The notes: generated by a model from the sequence alone, not told the origin. A stretch of 64,000 nucleotides of DNA from Octopus sinensis (GCF_006345805.1 NC_043011.1:19542464-19606463), one strand, 5' to 3'; shown: positions 49,300 to 63,090, counted from the first letter of the stretch. Made by a program: numbers and translations.

Positions 49300-49484
49300 G
49301 CAGATGGAGGAGGTCAAGCATTCCCTTTCTCTGAAAATGCTGGTGTAGAGGGACTAAACCTATATATAAACGACTCTATAGATCATCTGAAAACCCCTAC
49401 AAAGTTTCATGCCGATCGGCCTAACACTTTGGCTGTGAAGTGAGTACAGACGGACGGACGGACATTATGCCTGTTATAGTATGA
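49300..49484 (-). mobile_element. Helitron-like 5' fragment
   Basis: A|TC(atactataacaggcataat)-(gtcc)n-...ccgatcggcatgaaactt; same layout as 26402-26783. Confidence 0.5.
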
Positions 49485-49692
49485 TACCATTCTCTGTCAA
49501 AGTGTGTCATATATTCTGGAAATTTTTCGAAAATCGTTAAACATTAAGTATGGAGAACAAATTTTCGATTAATTGTAATTTTTTTTTCCGACCTGATAAT
49601 GGTGCATAAATATCTATATCAATTATCTACGGCAAAAATCAATTGCCCACTTCAATAAAATTTTAGTACATTTACTATACATATTCACACAC

Positions 49693-49727
<35 letters not shown>

Positions 49728-49954
49728 AGCACACACACACATATACACACTCAAACACACACACATAATGTAATGCTTGGGCATGAACAAAATTTAGGTC
49801 AGCTAAAATACGTTTGTGTCACAATTCAACTGCTAAAATTCAAATAAATTACAGTGACCGTGGAGATTATATATATAATAATTTGATGGAATATTATTCC
49901 TAGCTTACAGGGAAAATTCAATTTAGAAATACTAAATCAAATTTCACAAAATAT

Positions 49955-50000
<46 letters not shown>

Positions 50001-50054
50001 GTGAATGGAAGAAATGGAGTTGAACGAAGATTGTACAGAATTCCTTTTATTACA

Positions 50055-50134
50055 TTCTACACGTGTTTCAAAGGCCACAATTTTCCAAATTCTGATTAAA
50101 TAAGGATACCATATTGCAGCTTTCTCTTCAGGAA
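50055..50134 (-). ncRNA. Type I hammerhead ribozyme (mirror copy)
   Basis: Exact reverse complement of 50311-50390. Confidence 0.7.
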
Positions 50135-50310
50135 AAAAGCAGGAATTACGTTGACAGACCAAAACAAAACAGAGGCGCAGCAAAGCAATTCGAACGAGGA
50201 CGCTCCTTAAGAGCCCATGGTTAAACATGGGCTCTTAAGGAGCGTCCTCGTTCGAATTGCTTTGCTGCGCCTCTGTTTTGTTTTGGTCTGTCAACGTAAT
50301 TCCTGCTTTT

Positions 50311-50390
50311 TTCCTGAAGAGAAAGCTGCAATATGGTATCCTTATTTAATCAGAATTTGGAAAATTGTGGCCTTTGAAACACGTGTAGAA
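50311..50390 (+). ncRNA. Type I hammerhead ribozyme, canonical core
   Basis: UUC-CUGAAGA-GAAAGCUGCAA...UUGUGGCCUUU-GAAA-CACGUG-UA-GAA: 11-bp stem II with one mismatch, palindromic ACACGUGU stem III, GUA site, 3-bp stem I. Confidence 0.7.
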
Positions 50391-50599
50391 TGTAATAAAA
50401 GGAATTCTGTACAATCTTCGTTCAACTCCATTTCTTCCATTTACTAATTATATTAAACTTCAATTATCCGCACCAACGCACGGTTGCAACACCAAATGGT
50501 CTTATCTCCAACCGTGTTTTTTTCTGCTGTGATTTTTGCTACCCAGGTATCGGTTAAACTTTTGAATAATCTGTAACAAGAAAATTCATCTTTCCATTT

Positions 50600-50643
<44 letters not shown>

Positions 50644-50800
50644 TAGAAAAAAAAAACATTTTATCAATTCAAAATGAAAAATCAAATTACACCATCTAGA
50701 AAATTACATATAATAATAATATAAAATATAAAATAACAATGATATACCGATGATTAAGTAATGTGCAAAATAATAAATAAAACGAGTATATTTCATAGAA

Positions 50801-50896
50801 TAACGACGCGTGTTTCATGGCTATATTTAATAATGTAAAAAAATTAATGGTAGTAGTAAAATCACTTCGATATAGATATAGCCACTCATCACGTTA
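50801..50896 (-). ncRNA. Degenerate hammerhead motif (C3G)
   Basis: UAAC-GUGAUGA-GUGGCUAUAU...AUAUAGCCAU-GAAA-CACGCG-UC-GUUA: 10-bp stem II; points toward (TA)n at ~50605-50640. Confidence 0.5.
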
Positions 50897-52362
50897 AAAA
50901 TAGTCTACAATAATAAAATAATTAATTAATAAATAAACATAAATACTGTTTTAAAATATAAATATATTCTTTAAAATATATATATATATAAGATATTAAA
51001 TATACATTAAGGGAAAACTGAATACAATATTTAAATTATACAATACTTTGAAATTAATTAATATACACAATACTAGTACAAGCCAATAATATTGGAATCA
51101 AAATATTTTAATTATATATATATATAATAGAAATATGTCACAAAAAGAAAATAGAAGGCTACACGTGGAAATAAAAACACTCGGTTTGTTCATTGTCGCC
51201 ATCTATCACGAATCCCATATATTGATGTTTCGAGATTGTTGAGTCTTGTCAATGGGAAGTACCTTAAGAGAGACAACCCTGAGCAAACTTATGAAGCGAT
51301 AGCTTTATGTAAAATTCATTTGATTGCTTTACGCTGGCAGATCGCACGATCGAGGAAACTAACGAAATGTTATCGCCAAGCAGTGTTTAGGCATAGGCGA
51401 AATTTAGGTTAGTTAAAATATGTTTGTGGCATATTTTAAGATACATATTATGAATATGCACACGTGCGTATGTATGCGTGATCATTTCTAGGTGATTTTG
51501 TAGCAAATTGATTGAATAATTCTTTAATCATCTCACAGAAAACTAGAACTTGATGCACTCCCATATCTTTTTCCCGAATAAAATATTACTTTAGAAAATG
51601 TGTTCTTCTCGTGCTCCAGGAAATATATAAATAAGGACACTTTATCAGCAGTTACAGTTAAAATTAATACATCTTTTAAATAAGTCAGTTTCAAATTTTT
51701 TTTCCGTTCTTTCAACTGACTAAGCATATATAGTTTTTAAGAATATAAACGCATTTGCATGTAAAAATATATATGCGAATACATATGTAATGTATACTTA
51801 CACACATATACTATTTGGTTTGTTCTGATTCGGCTTGTGTTGTTCTATTGATGTTGTGTTCCTTTACATGACATAAAATGTTGAGAGGGCGAGTGACAAC
51901 GAAGATATGCTTAAAGGTAAATTGAATAAAAAATAAGACACTGGTAACATAAATAGAAATGTTATAACCAATGTTACCTCTAATTATGGTACAAGTCACA
52001 TAATGACATCTAAAATGGCAATTGTTTTAAGACTCTTATGAAAGTTTATAATGCAATTTGACATGCAACTCAATTTGCATTTGAATTACAGTCTGCGCTA
52101 TTTCTTTCAAACTTTTATACCTTTTTTAATATCATGTTTGTCATTCTATTTCTTATTGCAGTAGTAGTGCTGTCATTTTGTAATAATATTTCAGGAGTTG
52201 TTAACGTTGACATACTGATAATGTTCATAAAATACTCTGTAGTTCAAAGTTTAATGTAAAATTATGCATTTTATTTTTCTCTCTTCTACTTCCCCTTTGC
52301 ATTATACATACACAAACACACACATACACACATACCTACATATATATATATATAATATATAT

Positions 52363-52438
<76 letters not shown>

Positions 52439-52675
52439 GTATATAATTATAAAAATATAATCATAGTTAAAGGGCTACTGGAAATAATCAGCGCCAGCGC
52501 TAGAAATACATGTTAAATACCTACAATCCACTCTAAAATTTGTTGTCTATATTGAACTGCAGGTATGAATGCGAGGGAATGATGAAGAAAATATACAAAA
52601 GTTTGGATAATTCTATCCCTCGAAATGTCATGCACTAGGCAACTGGCGTAATCATTTATTTGATTATATCATTAT

Positions 52676-52714
<39 letters not shown>

Positions 52715-53612
52715 AAAAGAGGTTAATAAAGATAATCCACTTGAAGAACTTCTTGATTTCTATAGACATACACCTTACTAACAAGAGCGTCTTCTGATCG
52801 TTATGGTACTACTGGTAATCCGAAGTCGAAAGCCGAAGTCGATGTCCGTCACAAATGAAATTTGTAATTAGCGGAATCATAAAAGCGAGAGAGACGCTGC
52901 GTTGTCTATATTTATTATAGGCTTACATTGGTTCAAAATATGTATTTGGGTGCGTTCATGGTTTTCAGTGAATCGATCAATTGATTGACCGAAAATATAG
53001 TAGACGACACTCATAGTGATATATTCGTTAGAGCCAAAACATATCGACAAAGAAAAAGGAAAAGAATAGAAAATGATGGAATTCAGTCAGTGTGGTAATT
53101 CAGGGAGAAATGTTTGCAAATATGCAAATGAAAATGCAATTATGGTGTTGCTTATTATTTTAAATCTAAAGTACCCACTTCTATATAATTCGTTAATTAA
53201 TTATCCGAAATTCATACCAGTCCTGACATAATATAATTTCCAGAAATATAGTATACTGATAATTAAGAGATTGTGAAGTATAAAGTTTCTTAACAAGATG
53301 TCGATATTATTCATCCGTTGTAAGAGACATAAATAGCTTAAGTTTGATGGCTACAAACAGGCAACCAATTTCTGTGTACATGCCACTCTAACTAAATCCT
53401 TTCTCTTTCTTTTCTTTTGGCAGATGATTTGGTTTGACACAGTCGAAAATATTGTGATGACCGTTCCCTATATTTTCAATCGATCGACTGACTGTTTGAT
53501 AAAGTTGAAGCTTCAACGCAACCACATATATATCTGAAACAGCTTCAACCTTATAATAAATGTGTATAAGCCGTCTTCTCGGCTTAATTGATATATATAT
53601 AAATATATATAT

Positions 53613-53679
<67 letters not shown>

Positions 53680-53959
53680 TAAAAATAAGGAGCATTCAGA
53701 AGTAGTAGTAGCGTTACCTTAAATTCTATAGTTATTACACTGCATTTTAAGCCCAATACTTATTTCAATTGCAACGATTAGTTCTCGTTACAATTGCAAC
53801 CATACTATAAAACGATGCAAACTTTTCAGGGTCTTACTTGATATCCCTCGGTATGGACGTTGAATGATTTTCTTTTATAAACTCTACGTTGTATAATGTA
53901 GAGTTCTCCGTTAAAGTCAGGCGCGAACAATCTCTATTTTAAACCGAGAGGAGGAAAGA

Positions 53960-54245
53960 GACCGAGGTTAGAGCAGCGGACTCGCGGTCGAGGGATCGCG
54001 GGTCCGAATCTCAGACCAAGTGATGTGTATGTTTATGAACGAAAACACCTAAGTTCCACGCGGCTCCGGCAGGAGGTAATGGCGAACTTCTGCCGACACT
54101 TTCGCCATAACTTTCTCTCACTCTTTCCTCCTAAATCTTGCAGCTCACCTGCGACGGACCGGCGTCCCGTCCAGGTGTTGAACCTATACACCAAGAAACC
54201 GGGAAACCGGCCATTATGAGCCAGGCATGGCTCGAGAAAGAACAC
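53960..54245 (+). mobile_element. tRNA-derived SINE
   Basis: ggttagagcagcggactcgcggtcgagggatcgcgggtccgaatctcagacc head; shares its middle domain with 20760-21010. Confidence 0.7.
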
Positions 54246-57200
54246 ACAACAAAGTACAAACCAAGCCCGAGGATTATGATCTTCCAAATAAAAGAAAAGT
54301 GCATAAATAGTCACATGTTCCAAAGTGACACTAATAGGGAAAAAGTAGTAAAAGTATTTTTTTAAACAATTAACACTAACGTGGAAGGGTCTGAGAACGG
54401 ATCATGTGAAAGACTTGACATTCAAAGTAGGAAAAAGGGACAAAAGGATGAGATGAAAAGAAACTTATGATGGTTAAAGAAAACATAGAAAGATAGGGAG
54501 CCCTATGCAGAAGTAGAGGGTGTTTCCATGGATAGGAGTGTAACACCAGACGCAAAATGTGTCAGAAGAAGAAAAGACCCAAGGAAATAACAGTGTCTGA
54601 ATGTCCATTTCCCAACATTTTGTGTATATAGAAACAATTTTATTCAAAAACACAGGGTGAACTAAGACTTCAGTAATCTTTTCTAAGATACCATGCAGCG
54701 TGATTTGGTCAGATTATCGCAAAGCGTAATAGTTAACGAATAAATCATGTGAGTGCGTGTTGCTGCCCTATAAATCTAAGCACACACATATATATGAGTT
54801 TGATAAGTGCTCAAGCACAGAATTCTTACTTCTTGAATCAATGATGCTTTTGCTAAATATTTATAATAGTATGTATATTCATGTTTTTAGTTGTATTGTC
54901 CCTATTTACACCCCTAAACATGCATCACTAAACAGGTGTATGTGCTTGTGTGTGTGTATTTGTGTGTTTGTGTGATAGAGAGAGCCGAATTTTTTTCCTT
55001 AACAGAGAATGCACACTATACTTCGTGTCTAACAGGTATATTCAAAAATACATATCTAACGAACGATACATAAATTTCTGAAACTATTCATAATATCGTG
55101 ATAGAAGATTCTAAATACGTAACATTATTGTCACCCGATTACAGTATATTACGTAGGAAGCAATTTGATATAGTCACAGTGGAATTTAACATGCGTACCT
55201 TTCGCATACATGAACACAATATATTTCCGTCGCTATACAATATAATAGATATATAGGCTGAAAGTTCACGATATATAGTTTGAATTATAAATAAATATGC
55301 TGAAATATGTCCATTATAATAATTTGAAAAATACAATGATATTGCAGCAGTTTGGTCGTTGTAGGTTTGGAATTGTTCGTGGAATTCATAAAATAACTAA
55401 TTAATACATCAGAATAATAGGAATATCTGAATAAATTTTCACTAATAAAAGTGCTACACCTAAAATCTGATTTTTTCTAGAAACATATTTGTGCCTCCTG
55501 CAGGAAATTAATAGTAAGGTTTAAGTAACGGGATAGAGTATCATTTTCATGTTTTGTAGACACATTAGATGGATGACAGATTTTATGTTACTACTGAATG
55601 CTCTTGAATGCTGCAGAATCTCTAATAATATGCAGCTCTTCGACAACTACTTAAAATCCGAAGCCATAGGAAGGAACAACATTTAAGTGAATTGTCAACT
55701 ATAAGCGACCTAGAATTAATTCAAACGAATCGGATTTTGTTATAGCTGTGAGGACATATTACATGATGATTTGTCTTCCAACCCCTACTACAGTTTAAAA
55801 ACTTAACAAAAACCTACACGCTATCAGGCGACTCCAATCATTCAAACGTTATCTTTTTGAACTTATTGACAAATAGTAAATTAAGTAACTCTGTTAAATC
55901 CATCTAATCTAATATCCCGAGAAGAATCAATGCTAGTGATTATTTGCCAAAAAATATAAATCAATTCAAAGAGATCCGCAACTGCACGTCCCTGTTTTTC
56001 ATATCCTAAGAAATACTGTATGACTTGTGCCGAGGTCCTTACCTAGTTAAGTATCCTCAGCTATAGTAAGGGAAGGAACTCCACACTACTTTGGAAACTG
56101 TATTGTCCAAACAGCCTTACGTCACTAAAAGATTTATGGGAAGTGTAACCGCACAAAATCCGACATCGGATCATTATCACATACGTCCTAGACAGTATTA
56201 TCCCAGAGAGGAATGTACCTCTGCTTTATTCCATTGAAACGATTTATTAGATATTATCGGCAAGATCAGTAATAAACAGTGTGAAGAAGTAACTAGATTC
56301 TTTCAATTCAACATTCCAGATTACTACACTATTTAATTTAAGATTTGGATGAAATAGCCATGTCTAACTAATATCACCCACGAAGGTGTTGATGTAAATT
56401 TCCAGGCCCAAACTTCTGCATCAGGCACAGATGATTCCACGTAGAACCAAATATCTTTGTTGAGATTTTATTATTTATATTTCTGTCTGTTTATTGGTTT
56501 AATTTTCCTATTTATATCTATAATTAAGCATGTTGGTGTTTGTTGTCAGTATTCTTGGGCTTATTAATGTTAGTTTTAATCTCACCTCATCCCTCCAATA
56601 ATACACATAACCATAGAACTCGTTCCCAACTCACTTATCTCCCATATATTGTAATTTTACAATAGCCCTACTTCTAATAATAATAAACCTCTGACGGCTC
56701 TTTTTTCATCTTTATAGCCACAGCAAGTATTTACTATCTAAATTATAATATTAACAACTATTTTTCTGTTTTTACTTAATAAAATACGTACAAACGAATA
56801 TTAGTTCTTAAGCAAACACAAGTCCATTTTACGCAGATTATTCTCTCTTTAACTCCTTCAACCCCTAAAATACTTTTTACATTAACAATACAGCAGTCCA
56901 TTATACACTATTTCCTTCAGATTAACTTCATTCACATGTATAATTTTGTTATATACGCCACAATTAGTATTGTTTCTAACTGTAAGGTCACATCTCAATT
57001 CAAATATATCCATGCCCTTCCATTGGACATTTCTCTGCAACCTTTACACTACGCGACTCATTTAGACTATGAATTACATGATCTCCTTACTCATCTATAG
57101 AGGGAACGCTCTAAAACATCTTTCACTTATATTTTGAAATAACCGTTATGGCCATTAGTTTTAGTTAATAGCTAACTGAGCTCACTCATCTTCTTTCTGT

Positions 57201-57519
57201 CTCATAACGATAAATATGAATCTCCTAAACCCTACTCTGCCTTTTCCTTCATCAAGTCCTTTGTAAAAAAAAAAATAGTTTGTACTTCTTGCACTGATCA
57301 GTACAGTGATATATAATTACATTATTTTAATTAAGTTAATTATTTCTATTCAACCATGAATTTGCATGATTTTTATATCGCTGTTTGAAACGATCGTCTG
57401 CATGAATTTAAATTCTCTTACATTTTAACATCTTCTCTTCTCCATTTTTAACAATTTCTTTTAGTTTTATGGAATTCTTTCCATAAATTCATAACACAAC
57501 AGACATAAGTATTATGTAT

Positions 57520-58072
57520 ATCACTTTGATCACTTTGACCGACCAGTCCGTCAGGCGTCCATTTGACACCGCTGGTCACAGCACGATGTCCACTCCTCTC
57601 TGGATCGCGCATTTCTCATCCACGTGATCCCAATCGTCCTCTTGAAATCGTCACCCTACCGTCGTGGAGGTCTTCCGGGTGGTATTTTCCGCTCACGCGG
57701 GTACCACTCGACAGCTGCGTGCGTCCACCGATTATCGGTGAGCCGGACGACGTGTCCAGCCCCTCTATACCTTCTGCGAGTATACTCTGCGATGTCATCT
57801 CTCACGACGGACTTCTTTCTGATGATCTTGTTATTTATGTGCTCTCTCAACGAGATACCAAGCATTGACCTTTCCATGGCTCTTTGAGCCGTTGCTAGTC
57901 TTTGCTCTTCTCTCTTTGTGGTAGCCAATTTTTCACTACCATATAACATTGCAGGCAGAACTGCACTGTTAATGAGGTTGGCGCGGGTGGTTCTGTCCAA
58001 CCTTCCCTTGAGCACATCCCTTATGCCATTGAACGCCTTCCATCCGGCCCTTACTCTCCGTGAGATCTCCTT
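57520..58072 (-). mobile_element. RTE-clade LINE 3' end
   Basis: LINSAVLPAMLYGSE..RLATAQRAMERSMLGISLREHI..AGHVVRLTDNRWT..EWYPRERKIPPGRPPRR; short tandem tail atcactttg at ~57520-57538. Confidence 0.9.
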
Positions 58073-58104
58073 TTTGATTCCTGATACATATTTATTATTA
58101 TGTA

Positions 58105-58135
<31 letters not shown>

Positions 58136-58150
58136 GTCTATATATATATA

Positions 58151-58861
58151 TATATTATATAGAGGGCACTATTACACATAAATGCCGCACGCTAGGAGGG
58201 TCTTTTAAAGTCAGAACTATCAAAATAAACAAATTGTACCGAATGCAATCTTCGAAGCGAGTCATTTAAAAACAGAATTTAGTTACATATCACCTGTGAT
58301 TTCGCAATCAATGCAGTATATGCATTTTATGTTCTTCAGTGCAACGAACTCAAGATATATATGAATGAACAAGAACAACATACCAGACGAGCAACCGCAG
58401 TGTCCATCGCAGCATATATGACTGTTCATCCCTACATATCTATGTAAATGGCGGGCTTTTCGAATTGCATTTCGGTAACAACGTGCTTACTCGGAACAAA
58501 AATTCAGTATTGAACTGTTCCGGTGAAAAATATAAATTCAAAAATAGGGTAAAATCTTCATAAGAAATTATCAAGTAGCTAACTACTTGATAATTTCATA
58601 TGCGATGGACACTGCGGTTGCTCGTCTGGTATGTTGTTCTTGTTCATTCATATATATCTTGAGTTCGTTGCACTAAAGAACATAAAATGCATATACTGCA
58701 TTGATTGTGAAATCACAGGCGATATGTAACTAAATTCTGTTTTTAAATGACTCGCTTCGATGATTGCATTCGGTACAATTTGTTTATTTTGGTAGTTCTG
58801 ACTTTAAAAGTCCCTCCTAGCGTGCGGCATTTATGTGTAATAGTGCCCTCTATATAATATA
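58151..58861. mobile_element. Fold-back element with 261-bp arms, copy 1
   Basis: 58151-58411 is inverted against 58601-58861. There is an internal 18-bp hairpin at 58561-58600 and a hammerhead-like motif in each arm. Confidence 0.85.
58282..58345 (-). ncRNA. Type I hammerhead-like motif, core intact
   Basis: GUUGCA-CUGAAGA-A...AAUGCA/UGCAUU...C-GAAA-UCAC-AG-GUGA-UA-UGUAAC: 6-bp stem I, stem III with a 2-nt loop. Repeated at 59262-59325. Confidence 0.6.
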
Positions 58862-59026
58862 AATAAATATTTTCAAGTTGAATAAATTTACAGATTTTTT
58901 CTCTTACGAGATTTTTTTCACGCTAACTACTTGATCATTTATTATGAAGATTTTATCCTATTTTTAAATATATATATATATATATATGTATGTATATATA
59001 TCCATACATACATATGTATATATACG

Positions 59027-59096
<70 letters not shown>

Positions 59097-59130
59097 TATA
59101 TATATATATATATATCTATATATATATATA

Positions 59131-59840
59131 TATATTATATAGAGGGCACTATTACACATAAATGCCGCACGCTAGGAGGGTCTTTTAAAGTCAGAACTAT
59201 CAAAATAAACAAATTGTACCGAATGCAATCTTCGAAGCGAGTCATTTAAAAACAGAATTTAGTTACATATCACCTGTGATTTCGCAATCAATGCAATATA
59301 TGCATTTTATGTTCTTCAGTGCAACGAACTCAAGATATATATGAATGAACAAGAACAACATACCAGGCGAGCAACCGCAGTGTCCATCGCAGCATATATG
59401 ACTGTTCATCCCTACATATCTATGTAAATGGCGGGCTTTTCGAATTGCATTTCGGTAACAACGTGCTTACTCGGAACAAAAATTCAGTATTGAACTGTTC
59501 CGGTGAAAAATATAAATTCAAAAACAGGGTAAAATCTTCATAAGAAATTATCAAGTAGCTAACTACTTGATAATTTCTTATGCGATGGACACTGCGGTTG
59601 CTCGTCTGGTATGTTGTTCTTGTTCATTCATATATATCTTGAGTTCGTTGCACTAAAGAACATAAAATGCATATACTGCATTGATTGTGAAATCACAGGC
59701 GATATGTAACTAAATTCTGTTTTTAAATGACTCGCTTCGATGATTGCATTCGGTACAATTTGTTTATTTTGGTAGTTCTGACTTAAAAGTCCCTCCTAGC
59801 GTGCGGCATTTATGTGTAATAGTGCCCTCTATATAATATA
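59131..59840. mobile_element. Fold-back element with ~261-bp arms, copy 2 (980-bp tandem duplicate)
   Basis: About five differences from copy 1 outside the microsatellite. Confidence 0.85.
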
Positions 59841-59953
59841 AATAAATATTTTCAAGTTGAATAAATTTACAGATTTTTTCTCTTACGAGATTTTTTTCAC
59901 GCTAACTACTTGATCATTTATTATGAAGATTTTATCCTATTTTTAAATATATA

Positions 59954-59995
<42 letters not shown>

Positions 59996-60026
59996 ATATA
60001 TCCATACATACATATGTATATATACG

Positions 60027-60123
<97 letters not shown>

Positions 60124-60468
60124 CCCTAATTATGTAATGTATGAGGAATGTACAAGTTCTCGTGTTGCTTTACCGCTAAAACTACGATTGGAACTGGAGT
60201 TGGAAGATAGGTGGTGGTGTAGGTGCCTATAAAATGTGGCTGTAAATGGTTTGTTACAGAGTGGGTAGATATATATTAAAAACGGGGAATAAACAATCAA
60301 AATGTCTTATCACTTTGAGCATGTAATTTAAAATACAAACAGTTGCAGAGTATTTATAATAAACACTGTATTTTGAAATAATTTGCCGGGTCCTTTCCCA
60401 GGGACCCTTGTATAGCTAAGCATGTGGGACACATGTCATTAACTAATGATTTTCATGTAAGCTAACTA

Positions 60469-61061
60469 TTGGGTTGTCCAGAAAGTTCGTGCCGATTTTT
60501 AAAGCAAAGAAAAAGGTCAATAAATATTTGCCATTATATTTTCAATCAACCGAATATGAATCATTTTGTTGCACAATGCGTCTCCATTTTTCCTTTAACT
60601 TGAAAATACCCTCTTTCCAGAATTGAAGTGGTTTCATGGCAAATAATTCTTCAAGGTATCTTTTTATGTCATCCAAGGAATTGAAAATTGTACCATTTAG
60701 ACTACGCTGCAGAGACCTATATAAGTGGAAATCCGAAGGAGCAATATCCGGTGAATATGGAGGGTGGGGTAATACATCCCAGCAGAGCCGCAGCAATTTT
60801 TGTCTGGTTCCCAAAGCATCAAATGCCGAAAATAAACTTTCGTATCTTCCATTTTAAAGGGTTACAGAATTAACACAGGTTATAGGAACATAAACCTTCT
60901 TCCACGGAAAGATAGCTTAAAGTGTGCTCTAAATGGAGGCGTAGTGAAATTCTATTTTATAGACTCATTTATAGACTCAACCAGTCTATTTTATAGACTC
61001 AACCAAAATAAGTCGGAATGTAAGCAACTATAAATCAACACAAACCTTCCGGACAACACAA
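60469..61061 (-). mobile_element. Internally deleted mariner with both TIRs and a TA TSD
   Basis: TA|ttgggttgtccagaaagttcgtgccgattt ... aaatcaacacaaaccttccggacaacacaa|TA. MEDTKVYFRHLMLW is joined out of frame to WDVLPHPPYSPDIAPSDFHLY..WRRIVQQN. Confidence 0.9.
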
Positions 61062-61814
61062 TATTTTGTCTTTGGAGAGAATGAATCAGGGAATGAACCT
61101 CCTAAATAAAAATATTAGTAGTTATCATTTCATAGAAATAGTGGATAATAGTTCCATTACTGAAGACTCAAGGATATTCTTAGTAAAAAACTATTTTAAC
61201 TTATCTAAAGTGATATCACCTTTTGTCTGTTTATTCTCTCCTAATATATGCGAGTGTGTCTCTGTGAATCTGTACGTCTATCTCTGTATACAAAATATGT
61301 GTGGTTATGTGTACATACATATATTATACATATACATTATGTAGGTAGACAGACAGACATACACATACATGTGACATGAAAATGATTGCATAGGAAGCGA
61401 GATAAAATGTAGGTGCGTGTTTATGAAAGACCAAGTGATTGAAGGGTGTACATGTGCCCATAAACCAAATTTTCGCCTTAATATTCTTGTATGCTCTTTC
61501 AGTTCTATACATACAAATATTCCATTTTTACATATTATTTTACAATTATACAAATACATCGATTGGTACATACCTATCCGGGTTTTTATGCTTTTATGAT
61601 TAAATGCGAATATTTATGTGCAAATGTTCATCTTTCTCAATGTATACAAATAGCTACATATATAAATTTGCATTTTTGTATTAACATACGTATTTAATAT
61701 TAAGTCAATATATTTAACCCTGTTCATATTTTATCTTAAACCGTCTACTTTAAACTGGTTGATGTTCATCTGACTCCTGTTATTGCTGTCAAGTGTAATA
61801 GAGGAATGCTTTAT

Positions 61815-61864
61815 AATATATATGAGCACACATATACATATATACAAATATATAAATATATAAG

Positions 61865-61913
<49 letters not shown>

Positions 61914-62027
61914 AGTATATATATATATATATACATGTATACAAATATATAAATGTATAAGTAAATATATATATACATATATACAAATATATATGTATAT
62001 ATGTATATATATATATATATATAGATA

Positions 62028-62063
<36 letters not shown>

Positions 62064-62090
62064 CATATATACAAATATATAATATATAAG

Positions 62091-62139
<49 letters not shown>

Positions 62140-62335
62140 CATATATACAATATATAAATATATAAGTATATATATATATATATATATATACATATATACA
62201 AATATATAAATATATAAGTATATATAATATATATATATATATATAATATATATATATATATATAATATATATATATAATATATATATATATATGAACACA
62301 CATTCACGCACACATGCGTACACATACACACACAT
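61815..62335. repeat. Long complex (TA)-rich tract with recurring tatacaaatatataa..tataag motif
   Basis: Seen directly. Confidence 0.9.
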
Positions 62336-62799
62336 TTTTAACGTATTTATTTATTTACATGCATACATATACGGATGTTTTCAATTTAGCAGTATCTAAA
62401 TTCCTCTAAATATATTCCAGGTTTCTTAGGCACATAAATATTAAATTTCTCTCATATGTGTCTATCGGGCTATACACATACTGCATGATTTAATATTTAC
62501 ATGCCTAACAGTGAAATGCTGCACATTTGCGTATAAATCGTTTATTATGTTCGGGGCATTAGTAGAGCAAATAATTTACCGACAAAATTATCTGACAATA
62601 TACGGACGAAGTTCTCGGTATGTTATAATGTTAATTCAGCCCTTAAAACGTAATCTTTTCTCATGACACATTGGATAATTTCATACATCGAGTTTATAAC
62701 ATATAAATAAGGAAAATATGTATATAAAATAGGCTTTCATACACTGACATTTATATTGTGTATTTACAGTGTTCCCCACATACAGCATCACGTTCTTTG

Positions 62800-63090
62800 G
62801 TGAAGGTGTGTAGCTTGCTGTTTAGGGAAAACAGTTCGCGATTGTAAGATTCTGAGTTCGAATCCTGTTCGTGTATTTTGTTTTTGAGAAAAACACTTTA
62901 TTTCACGTTGCTCTCTAGTCCACTGAACTGGCAAAAATGAGTAGTGTCCGTATTTCAAAAGGTCCAGCCTCGTCACATTCTGTGATCTGCTGAATGCCAC
63001 TGAGAACGACATTAAGATTACAGGTCTCTGTGAATTGCTCAGCCAGTCGCACGTTAAATTAGAACCCACGTCATTCAAACCTACGGAGTG
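62800..63090 (+). mobile_element. tRNA-derived SINE
   Basis: gtgaaggtgtgtagct head, B box gagttcgaatcc, central domain aacactttatttcacgttgctc. Confidence 0.7.

Larger units (their letters stand above)
49992..50453. repeat. 462-bp near-perfect palindrome with no spacer
   Basis: Axis between 50222 and 50223 (tt|aa). The only mismatches I found are 50220/50225 and 50003/50442. The left end abuts (TA)n. Confidence 0.97.

Noticed and set aside
49998-50447. Twin 76-aa ORFs on opposite strands
   Set aside because: A direct consequence of the palindrome; no recognisable protein features.
55900-56900. Possible decayed Penelope RT
   Set aside because: A few suggestive fragments (TSALF, FQFN) only; needs tBLASTn or HMM support.
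58162-58850. Confident call as a Sola- or Mutator-type MITE (GAG...CTC ends, TATA flanks)
   Set aside because: The symmetry extends into the TA flanks so a TSD cannot be defined, and the arms carry hammerhead-like motifs; kept only as an alternative.
61815-62335. Phase shifts (taat, tatt) in (TA)n tracts as a coded pattern
   Set aside because: Indistinguishable from slippage or long-read indel error.
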